From the IMG/VR virus record IMGVR_UViG_3300021471_000002, positions 1 to 53,282 of that record: a DNA stretch of 53,282 bases; one strand, written 5' to 3'. Each line of letters begins with the position of its first letter. The first letter of the stretch is position 1. The notes below the pieces were generated by a model. That model was not told the DNA's origin and did not search any database. It worked only from the letters and a program-made list of their open reading frames with translations. The position numbers were made by a program, and so were the translations under genes. This stretch comes from a virus (lineage: Duplodnaviria > Caudoviricetes). This document shows, piece after piece, positions 35,772 through 42,839 of the stretch.

Positions 35772-35825
35772 TTCCCCCTCCTCCCCCGGCGAAAGCAGGC
35801 GGGGGAGGAGGGGCAGGGGGATGGT

Positions 35826-36122
35826 CTAATACTCCAATGCCTCGGCAGCTTCGAGCGCCTCGACGGCGTCGGCCCACGCCTTCACGGCGTCGGCGGGGGT
35901 GCCGATGCCCCAGCTGTCGTCCAAGGAGTCATCGCTGTAGCGATATGCGATGGTCGCGCCGTCATGGTCGAGCACGACGATCTCAATCAGCGCCGGGCCA
36001 TAGTCCAGGCCGTCCCGGCTCCCGCCCGGCACAACCACCAGGCTGTGCCGGTCGCAGGTTGTTAGACCGTATAATTCATCTTCTAATTTTTGGATCTTGA
36101 TCTCCAAAACTTTCTCGTCCAT
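35826..36122 (-). CDS. Hypothetical acidic protein (cassette island 1)
   Basis: GGAGGTAAAAAAAATG start, MDEKVLEIK. Confidence 0.6.
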   Translation of the reverse strand: MDEKVLEIKIQKLEDELYGLTTCDRHSLVVVPGGSRDGLDYGPALIEIVVLDHDGATIAYRYSDDSLDDSWGIGTPADAVKAWADAVEALEAAEALEY

Positions 36123-36154
36123 TTTTTTTACCTCCTCTGCCTCCCGGCCCCTCC

Positions 36155-36226
36155 TCCTCCGGTCGGCCTGTTCCCTCCGCCCTCTCGCGGGGCGGCTCTC
36201 CCTCAAGTACCCTCGAGCGGGTCGAA
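36155..36226. repeat. About 71-bp intergenic direct repeat, copy B
   Basis: Matches 35701-35771 with one indel. Confidence 0.9.
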
Positions 36227-36312
36227 AAAAGATTTATAGGAACTCTCAGTATTCTCAATCGAATCGTTGTTGGTTCCTGGCCGGGTGAATGGTGCACCCG
36301 GCCAGGGGGGGG

Positions 36313-36681
36313 TCAGAGAGCTTCAGTTACGACGTAAACGTCAATGATACGCTCGTAGTGATCAAACTCGAACGAAACATTGTTACCATCAACCCGCCTG
36401 TTCATCACAGCGCGGATGATTTTTCCTCCCCGCGCTGCGAATTTCGAGAATTTGATCGCGGCGGACAGGAGCGTGAGTGGTAACACAGCCTCGACCACGT
36501 CCGCGTCGGCGGTCAGGTGGTCGAAAGCTGACACGAACTCGCTTGTGCGTGTCGGCATTGTTACATTGATTGTTGTAATGACGACGTCATCACCGAACAA
36601 GCGTTTTAGTTCTGATAGTTGCTCTGGTTGTACGTCGTGTCGCGTCAATCGGACGATTTTGGTAGTTTCATTTTCAGCCAT
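36313..36681 (-). CDS. Small alpha/beta protein resembling Csx15/Csx16/Csx20-like proteins
   Basis: IVRLTRHDVQPEQLSELKRLFG...EAVLP..LL...FEFDHYERI; resemblance by eye only. Confidence 0.4.
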   Translation of the reverse strand: MAENETTKIVRLTRHDVQPEQLSELKRLFGDDVVITTINVTMPTRTSEFVSAFDHLTADADVVEAVLPLTLLSAAIKFSKFAARGGKIIRAVMNRRVDGNNVSFEFDHYERIIDVYVVTEAL

Positions 36682-36814
36682 CGTTTCTCTCCTTTTCTTT
36701 TGTTTTTTGCCCCGTTCGCCGCGCCCTGTTGCGCGTTACCCCGGGCCACCACGTGGCGGTGGGGCTATTGGCCCGGTTGTGGCAGGGTGGCGGCGCCACC
36801 CTGCCGGGGGGGGG

Positions 36815-37387
36815 TTACGCGAGGCGCTTCACCGCGGCGCAGATTGCGTCCGGATCGGCCTCGCAGCCGAGTATCCTTGCAATCTCGGCGAGCGTGTTGT
36901 TGTGCTCGCCGGGGGTGACGAATTCCCAGCCCTCGTCGCGCATCGCTGCGACGACGTGGGTGGGGACGTCTTTGATCTTCAAAACAACGCGGGAAGTGGG
37001 TTGATTGATCTTGGGGTACTTCTTGCTGCCTCCCGAGCTTGGGAACTTCCCTTCCAGGATCACGACCCCCTTTCCCGGTTCAACCGGGGCGTCGCGCCCC
37101 GAACGAACCAAGACCGGACGGTCGATCAGGGGGAGCTTAACTTTATTGTCGTTGTAGACATTGTCGGGTGGGGAAACGACGACTGTTTCAGTGGCTTCGT
37201 CGCCCGTCATGCCGTAATGCCGACGGACGAGGTCACGAATGATATCGATGCCTTCGTCCTCAAAAACCCACACGCGGGCGGCTTTGTCCCATTGGCCGCC
37301 CGCGGCGCGGGCGGCTTTGACGAACTGGTAGTTGTAAGGGGATTCGACGATAACTTTATTCTGATTCTGCGTAACTTTGATTTTCAT
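36815..37387 (-). CDS. Hypothetical protein with N-terminal HARP-like motif; first gene after the strong promoter
   Basis: V.SPYN..FV..AR..GG.WD....W.F; SD AAAGGAG. Confidence 0.6.
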   Translation of the reverse strand: MKIKVTQNQNKVIVESPYNYQFVKAARAAGGQWDKAARVWVFEDEGIDIIRDLVRRHYGMTGDEATETVVVSPPDNVYNDNKVKLPLIDRPVLVRSGRDAPVEPGKGVVILEGKFPSSGGSKKYPKINQPTSRVVLKIKDVPTHVVAAMRDEGWEFVTPGEHNNTLAEIARILGCEADPDAICAAVKRLA

Positions 37388-37428
37388 TTCTCTCCTTTCT
37401 TTTCGCTTTTCGTTTTTTTTGTTTCTCC

Positions 37429-37507
37429 GGGCTGTGGCCCCCATCTGTACTAACAGTATACCACATCCGTACACGTTTGTCAAGCTTTTTTGAACAATTT
37501 TAAGATT
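37429..37507 (-). promoter_or_regulatory. Strong sigma70 promoter with A-rich UP element, duplicated at 50058-50137
   Basis: TTGACA(37483-37478)-17 bp-TATACT(37460-37455), TGn extension. Confidence 0.8.
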
Positions 37508-37817
37508 AGAGAGCACCGAACCACCGGAGGATGTCTTCGGTGCCGGTGGCGATTATGAGAGGTGCATCGCCGTGGCCACCAACGCTGGCGGCAAACGCAG
37601 CCTCGGATCGGCTGAGTTTCCGGCCTGGCTGTTTGACCTCGACGCCCAGGATTTCCGTTCGTCCGGTTCGGCGGTTGAATCCCCAGACATACAGGTCTAC
37701 GCCGGCGCTTGCGACCGGCAGCGCGGACACATCGCACACGACGAAGCCGAGCGAGCGCAGCTCGCGAACAATAGCGGACTGGTTCTTGTCCGAACGCGGG
37801 TGGTGGGGGCGGGCCAT
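37506..37817 (-). CDS. PD-(D/E)XK nuclease (VRR-NUC/Holliday-junction-resolvase-like)
   Basis: R.D.NQ..IV..LR..G..V, G.DL.V.G, EVK.PG..L...E..F. Confidence 0.75.
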   Translation of the reverse strand: MARPHHPRSDKNQSAIVRELRSLGFVVCDVSALPVASAGVDLYVWGFNRRTGRTEILGVEVKQPGRKLSRSEAAFAASVGGHGDAPLIIATGTEDILRWFGAL

Positions 37818-37826
37818 CTGGAGTGG

Positions 37827-38216
37827 TCAGTAGTTGTTGTTGTCGCCGATTATGGTGAACCGCCGCGCGCTCTCGCTCTCGCCGTCATCGGAGTGATAGT
37901 ATGGCATGAGTGTGTTCCACCAGCTGCTACGCCGGTGGTCCGGCGGTGCTACTACAACAACCGGCGGGTATAGCTGTTGGTAGTGCTGCTGATGCTGCTG
38001 ATGGTGCTGTTGCCGTTGACTAGCCTCTCGCCTGCCGATCAGGAAGAGGATCAGGCCGGTGGGGATAGCTGCTCCGACACCGCATGTTGCGCCTGCCAGA
38101 ACCGCCAGCGCCTCGTCGCTCAGTCGGTTGAGGACGATGGTGGCCATCGTTGCGAGCAGTACAGCCAGCAGTACAGTGAGCGCTATTTTCGTTGATCTCG
38201 TGTTACTCGTGAACAT
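37827..38216 (-). CDS. Two-TM membrane protein with Gln/His/Pro-rich tail
   Basis: RLSDEALAVLAGATCGVGAAIPT, PPVVVV, RRFTIIG; SD GGAGGTG; resembles proteins recalled beside FtsK in Chloroflexota mobile elements. Confidence 0.65.
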   Translation of the reverse strand: MFTSNTRSTKIALTVLLAVLLATMATIVLNRLSDEALAVLAGATCGVGAAIPTGLILFLIGRREASQRQQHHQQHQQHYQQLYPPVVVVAPPDHRRSSWWNTLMPYYHSDDGESESARRFTIIGDNNNY

Positions 38217-38240
38217 TTTCACCTCCGAAAGTGCGACGCC

Positions 38241-38370
38241 GGCTTCACACCCGACGCCGGGGAGCCACGCAGCGCTACCACGCCATAGCAAACCATTCTG
38301 CTACCGCCGAGCGGTAGCAGGGTGTCCGACCGGGACACAGATGCTGCTTCTGGAAGCGGTAGCGGTAGCG
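38241..38370. other. Multi-hairpin intergenic structure (ncRNA or ssDNA signal)
   Basis: Stems 38298-38307/38311-38320, 38322-38327/38333-38338, 38343-38349/38354-38360, closed by 38273-38279/38364-38370. Confidence 0.5.
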
Positions 38371-38449
38371 ATTACTTATGCCGCCGCCGGTTGTGCAGGA
38401 ACGTAGCCGGCCGTGCACGTGCCGGGATTATCGTTTTCACTCTCGAATG

Positions 38450-39760
38450 CTACAATTCCCCGCGCAGCCGATCCACTGCCTGGCAGACCAGCGCGAAGCG
38501 GCGGCCACCTTCCGCTTCTCCGAGGGCGCGGCAAGCGGAGCGGTATGACCCGCCCGGGTCCCAGCCGGCCTTGCGCAGCCGGTCGATCATCGTCGTGACC
38601 TCGTCAACCGGGGGCGTGGCGGGTGGAAGTGTCGAGGGTGGCATTGTTATTGCCGGGCTAGGCTGCTCCGTCAGCTCATCCGCCACCGCCGCTTGCGGTA
38701 TGACAGCCGGTAAGCCATACAGTTCCTCCATCACCTCCGCGATCTCATCGTGGGAGATGTAGGCGCTCTGGAAGTGGATCACGCGTCCTTTTGCCACGGC
38801 CAGAAAGTCTCCCTGTCCCGTCAACCGCTCGGCTCCCGTGCCGCTCCAGCCGGTCGCGGTGCGGGCGTCCTCGATGCTGGTGACGCGCCCGACAAGCCGC
38901 ACCGGGAAGTTTGCCTTGACCAGCGGGCCCAGCACGGCGGCGGTGGGTTTCTGCGTTGCCGCGACGATGTGGATGCCGGCCTCGCGGCCGCGCTGTGTCA
39001 GTCGCGTTAGCGCCTGTTGTGCCGGTTTCCCGCTCACCATCAGCAGATCCGCCAGCTCATCGATCACGACTACTACAGGCGGCGGTGTAGAGCTTCTGTT
39101 ATGACCTCGACCTCGTCTTTCCATCAGTCGCACGAGGCTGAGGAGCGCTTCAGTTGCCTCGCTCGCATCATGGATGACCGGACGGACCAGGTGGGGCAAT
39201 CCTGCGAAGATGCTGAAGGCGTGTCCCTTGGGGTCTATGAGCACCAGCGCCAGCTCGTGGCCTTCCCCCGCGCGGGGAGAGGAGAAGGGAGTATTGGCCA
39301 CCGCCAGGCTCAGGATCATCGCCTGGAGGAGCACCGTCTTCCCCGACCCGGTGGTGCCGGCCGTCAGGACGTGAGCCACGCTGGGAGATGGCAATCGGAT
39401 AAGTAGCGGTGAGCCGTCCTCGGCCAGGCCGAGGACGGCGGTGGCCGGCGGGACGACATCCAGGTTGATCTGGCGAAGCAGAGGCAGCAGGCGCACCGGC
39501 TGCGGGTCGGTGCGAGGGATTTCGATGGCTACAGTAGCTCCCTGCCGGGAGACACGACAATCTGGTGCGTCGAGGGCGGATGCGAGCTCCTCGTGCAGGC
39601 CTTTGATCCTGGATATTCTGGCGCCTACGGCGGGCAGCACCTCGAAGCGCACCCAGCGTGGCGTGACCGTTCCGCCGGTCACACGTGCGCGCACTCTGTG
39701 CGATGATAGCACTGCCTCGATTCGGTCTGCCATAAACTCCAACTCGCGTTTCGTAGTCAT
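38450..39760 (-). CDS. FtsK/SpoIIIE-family DNA translocase (soluble, TraB-like)
   Basis: Alpha domain G.RISRIK.L..ELA.AL...V.IEIP; HVL.AGTTGSGKT, LIDPKG, IDELADL, GR.AGIH...ATQKP, GAERL.G.GD.L; Pro linker plus short helical C-terminus; no N-terminal TM. Confidence 0.9.
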   Translation of the reverse strand: MTTKRELEFMADRIEAVLSSHRVRARVTGGTVTPRWVRFEVLPAVGARISRIKGLHEELASALDAPDCRVSRQGATVAIEIPRTDPQPVRLLPLLRQINLDVVPPATAVLGLAEDGSPLLIRLPSPSVAHVLTAGTTGSGKTVLLQAMILSLAVANTPFSSPRAGEGHELALVLIDPKGHAFSIFAGLPHLVRPVIHDASEATEALLSLVRLMERRGRGHNRSSTPPPVVVVIDELADLLMVSGKPAQQALTRLTQRGREAGIHIVAATQKPTAAVLGPLVKANFPVRLVGRVTSIEDARTATGWSGTGAERLTGQGDFLAVAKGRVIHFQSAYISHDEIAEVMEELYGLPAVIPQAAVADELTEQPSPAITMPPSTLPPATPPVDEVTTMIDRLRKAGWDPGGSYRSACRALGEAEGGRRFALVCQAVDRLRGEL

Positions 39761-39782
39761 TTTTCGCTCTCAGATTTTTGCC

Positions 39783-40262
39783 TCAGGACGGTGTCTCCGG
39801 CGGCTCGTCCGGCGGCTCGTCCGGCGGCGGTGGCAGTATGCTCAGATCGCCGTCGCTGCAATCGTAGAGGGAATAACCAGTCTTCTCTGCGTACTGCGCC
39901 GCCTTCCTTCGTGCTACCTCGAGGCGTAAGCCTCGCACGCTGCCGCCACCCCACGGGTGGGTGAAATCGTCCGGGAAGTCATTCGTATCATCGCTCATCA
40001 CGACGATTGCGTGCCGCTCGCGGGAATACAACACCTGGAATCGTGGGCCGGCGTAGTATTTCGGTGCCTGATCGTGGAATTCGAGAACGGCATCGATCTC
40101 TGCCCGGACCTCGCGTTTGCACGCATCCAGGAGGACGGAGCGAACGTCGGCGGGGTCGTCATCATCATCAAGCTGTGCTGTGATCATCACGGATGGTTTC
40201 ACATTAGCGTCAGGTAGACTGATGGTTTCTGTCCACCCGACACGGACCCGGATCGTTTTCAT
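39783..40262 (-). CDS. Hypothetical protein
   Basis: SD AAAGGA; acidic, Pro-rich tail. Confidence 0.6.
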   Translation of the reverse strand: MKTIRVRVGWTETISLPDANVKPSVMITAQLDDDDDPADVRSVLLDACKREVRAEIDAVLEFHDQAPKYYAGPRFQVLYSRERHAIVVMSDDTNDFPDDFTHPWGGGSVRGLRLEVARRKAAQYAEKTGYSLYDCSDGDLSILPPPPDEPPDEPPETPS

Positions 40263-40414
40263 TGTTTTTTAATCCTTTCTTGTCTTGTCTTGCTGTTGAG
40301 CGGCCCGACCGGCCAGGTCGCACTACCGTCAACCACCTCTGCCGGTACCGGTTGCCGCTCGTGTTTCTGTGTCTTTTGCGTAAGCCGAGCCGTGTATGTG
40401 TCGCCTCACCGCAC

Positions 40415-41125
40415 CTATTCGACTCCTACCTCTACCTCCGCCGGGTCGACGCACACCTCTATCTGCCCGTCGCGGCGGGCGATCAGCCCGATCTGCTCGA
40501 GGCGGGCGAGGTGGTGCGCGACGGTCTGCCGCGTGACACCTGCAGCCTGCGCGATTTCTGATTGTGTCTGCGTCTGGTCAGCGGCGACTATGCGGAGTAT
40601 TTGCCGCGCCGTTTGCCCGATGTTGCGCAGATTTTGCCGCGCTTCTGCGCGTTCTCTGCGCTTCTGCGCGTTCTCTGCGCGTTCTCTGCGCCGTTGCTGC
40701 CTGGCAGCTTCGATGTCTGCCAGTCGCCGGCGGTGGTCGGCGCGGATGGCGATGACGGCCGTGCCGGCGAACGACAGGAGTGGAAACACCACCGGGGCAT
40801 ACACCGCGAGCCGGGGCGCGGTGTCGAGTAGAACGGTTAGACTGATTACGGCGATAAAGTAGACGCCCACCAGTGCCAGGCTGAGCGCAAGCGGGGCACT
40901 GGGGTCGGTCTTGCGTTTGCTGCGGTCGTAGTTCCAGAGCATCAGCGCGGTCGCTGTGGTCGCCAGACCAAGGCTCTCGATTGTGATCCCCGCGCTAACC
41001 GCAACCCAGATGGGCCATTTCAGGCGGTTATAAACCGCCTGGCCGACCAGGTACGCGGTTGGCAGCGGGGCGCCCCACGGCGCCACGCGGGCGATGATGT
41101 CTACGGCGGTGCTCTCGATATTCAC
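40415..41125 (-). CDS. Four-TM protein with coiled coil and C-terminal winged HTH (SpdA/KilB/DUF2637-like architecture)
   Basis: Hydrophobic N-half; TQSEIAQAAGVTRQTVAHHLARLEQIGLI. Confidence 0.7.
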   Translation of the reverse strand: MNIESTAVDIIARVAPWGAPLPTAYLVGQAVYNRLKWPIWVAVSAGITIESLGLATTATALMLWNYDRSKRKTDPSAPLALSLALVGVYFIAVISLTVLLDTAPRLAVYAPVVFPLLSFAGTAVIAIRADHRRRLADIEAARQQRRRERAENAQKRRERAEARQNLRNIGQTARQILRIVAADQTQTQSEIAQAAGVTRQTVAHHLARLEQIGLIARRDGQIEVCVDPAEVEVGVE

Positions 41126-41144
41126 AAGACACCACCACCTTCAA

Positions 41145-41351
41145 CTACTTTACCGCAGCAACGGTGTCCAGCACCTCTGCGGCGTTGCTGGGCGGGGCGA
41201 CGTCGTGCTCGCGCAGGGGTGCGATTTCAACGTATGTGAACCCCTGGCGCGTGATAATCACGCGGTGTCCCGCGACTGCTGCGTCGCAGAGACGGCCGAA
41301 CATCGCCCGGGCGTCGGACAGCGATACATAGATTGTTGCTTTCTCGTTCAT
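41145..41351 (-). CDS. Phd/YefM antitoxin-fold DNA-binding protein (orphan)
   Basis: VSLSDAR..F..L...A..G..VIITR.G; SD AGGAGG; first gene of the leftward arm. Confidence 0.72.
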   Translation of the reverse strand: MNEKATIYVSLSDARAMFGRLCDAAVAGHRVIITRQGFTYVEIAPLREHDVAPPSNAAEVLDTVAAVK

Positions 41352-41397
41352 TCTGTCACCTCCTATTGCTGATATAGTGTAAGTGTGCTACGCGCGT

Positions 41398-41427
41398 ATT
41401 GTACCATATTAACACCGCACTTGTCAA
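41398..41427 (-). promoter_or_regulatory. Leftward sigma70 promoter
   Basis: TTGACA-18 bp-TACAAT, TGn. Confidence 0.65.
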
Positions 41428-41471
41428 GTAAGTCCCTCGCGGCTTTCTCTCAAGACCCGGGCGGTTATGTG

Positions 41472-41501
41472 TTGACACGGCACGGTGTGTTGTTGTATAA
41501 T
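41472..41501 (+). promoter_or_regulatory. Rightward sigma70 promoter (divergent switch)
   Basis: TTGACA-18 bp-TATAAT, 9 nt before ATG 41511. Confidence 0.75.
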
Positions 41502-41510
41502 AATGACACC

Positions 41511-42824
41511 ATGATCGAGCTGCGGGACAGAATCATCGATCTGCGGCGCATTGACAGTGCGGAGTTGCAAGACAACGATGGCAACTGGCGCACCCACCCA
41601 CTGGCGCAGCGCGAGGCGCTGGCGGCTGTGCTGGACGAGGTAGGGATTGTCAACGCGCTCATTGCATACGAAAGTGAGCGGCAGGGAGGCCTGACGCTGA
41701 TAGACGGCCACCTCCGGGCGAATGAACACGCCGGAGTGTGGCCGGTTTTGGTTTTGGACCTCACCGACGACGAAGCGGACGTGGTACTGGCGACTCTGGA
41801 TCCGCTGGCAGGGATGGCGCGAACCATACCGGGGGCGTTGGCGTCGTTGGTGGATGGCATCACCGACGTCTCTCCCGACGTCCAGGCGACGTTGGACGCT
41901 ATTGCCAGGCAGGCGGACGGTGACATAGCGCACGCGATGGACGGTGACGGCGAGGTTGTCGAAGAGGGCGAGGCACGGGATCGTTTGGTGGCGGACTGGG
42001 AGATCGAGCGGGGCGCGGTGTGGTCTATCAGCTCGGCCTCGGTACGCGGCGGCGCGCATCGGGTAATGTGTGGCTCATCGCTAGAGCGCAGGGATCTCGA
42101 TGTGTTGTTCGACGGTCGCGTGGCCGATATGGTGTTTACCGATCCGCCCTACGGCATCCGGTTCGAGCCGGAGGATAGGAAACTCCGTGCTCGCGGCCCG
42201 CGTCACCGGTTCGCCGGCGGCATCATCGGTGACGATCAAGAGTTCGAGCAAAAAAAGTGGCTGTCGGCTGTTGATTCTTACTACGCCGGCGCGATATACA
42301 TCTGCGCTGCTAGAGACAGCTACCCGGAGCTGTGGACCTGGCTGCGGATCAGGTATGGCCGTCCGCCGACGGTCATCGTCTGGGTGAAAGAGATGTTCAC
42401 GATGACCCGGCGCGATTACCATCACCAGCATGAATTCTTGTTCTACGGTGAGAGCGGTGATGCTGGTCAGGCGTTGAACGACGAGATGATGGACGCCGGC
42501 GGGGGGATGGTGTTGTACTCCTGGAATGCCCGCCGCCGGTGGCTGGCCGGGCGAGGGGAGACGGATTTGTGGTTCATCAGGCGGGTGTCGTTGCGTGAGT
42601 ATGTACATCCGACACAGAAGCCGGTCGAGTTGGTCGAGCGAGCGATCACGAACTCCTGTCAGCGGGGAGGCGTGGTCGCCGATTTTTTTGGCGGGTCGGG
42701 GACAACGATGGTGGCGGCGGAGCGGACCGGGCGATTATCGTTGACGATGGAGCTGGATCCGCGTTTTGTCGCCGTCACGCTGAACCGCGCCCGCAGCCTG
42801 GGGCTGCGGGTCGAGCGGCTGTGA
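41511..42824 (+). CDS. ParB-like N-domain + beta-class DNA methyltransferase (DPPY, likely m6A)
   Basis: NWR.HP..Q...VG...LIDGH.R; HR..CG.S, FTDPPYG, HPTQKPVEL, DFFGGSGTT..AAE..GR...ELDP. Confidence 0.88.
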   Translation: MIELRDRIIDLRRIDSAELQDNDGNWRTHPLAQREALAAVLDEVGIVNALIAYESERQGGLTLIDGHLRANEHAGVWPVLVLDLTDDEADVVLATLDPLAGMARTIPGALASLVDGITDVSPDVQATLDAIARQADGDIAHAMDGDGEVVEEGEARDRLVADWEIERGAVWSISSASVRGGAHRVMCGSSLERRDLDVLFDGRVADMVFTDPPYGIRFEPEDRKLRARGPRHRFAGGIIGDDQEFEQKKWLSAVDSYYAGAIYICAARDSYPELWTWLRIRYGRPPTVIVWVKEMFTMTRRDYHHQHEFLFYGESGDAGQALNDEMMDAGGGMVLYSWNARRRWLAGRGETDLWFIRRVSLREYVHPTQKPVELVERAITNSCQRGGVVADFFGGSGTTMVAAERTGRLSLTMELDPRFVAVTLNRARSLGLRVERL

Positions 42825-42839
42825 AATTCAGGAGGTAAT

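Noticed and set aside
38286-38345. Resemblance to a c-di-GMP-I riboswitch (gcaaaccattc...gggacacag)
   Set aside because: It is antisense to the flanking genes and lacks the GNRA loop/receptor and second-stem consensus; kept only as an unknown structure.
38273-38370. Cloverleaf as a tRNA
   Set aside because: No T-loop GTTCRA, no D-loop GG pattern and no 7-nt anticodon loop; no tRNA was recognised anywhere in the window.
38450-39760. FtsK as genome-packaging ATPase or host contamination
   Set aside because: A canonical TerL/portal is present, and the gene is embedded in the co-oriented phage operon.
41145-41351. Complete toxin-antitoxin pair
   Set aside because: No adjacent PIN, RelE or Doc-like ORF; the downstream gene is a membrane-wHTH protein.
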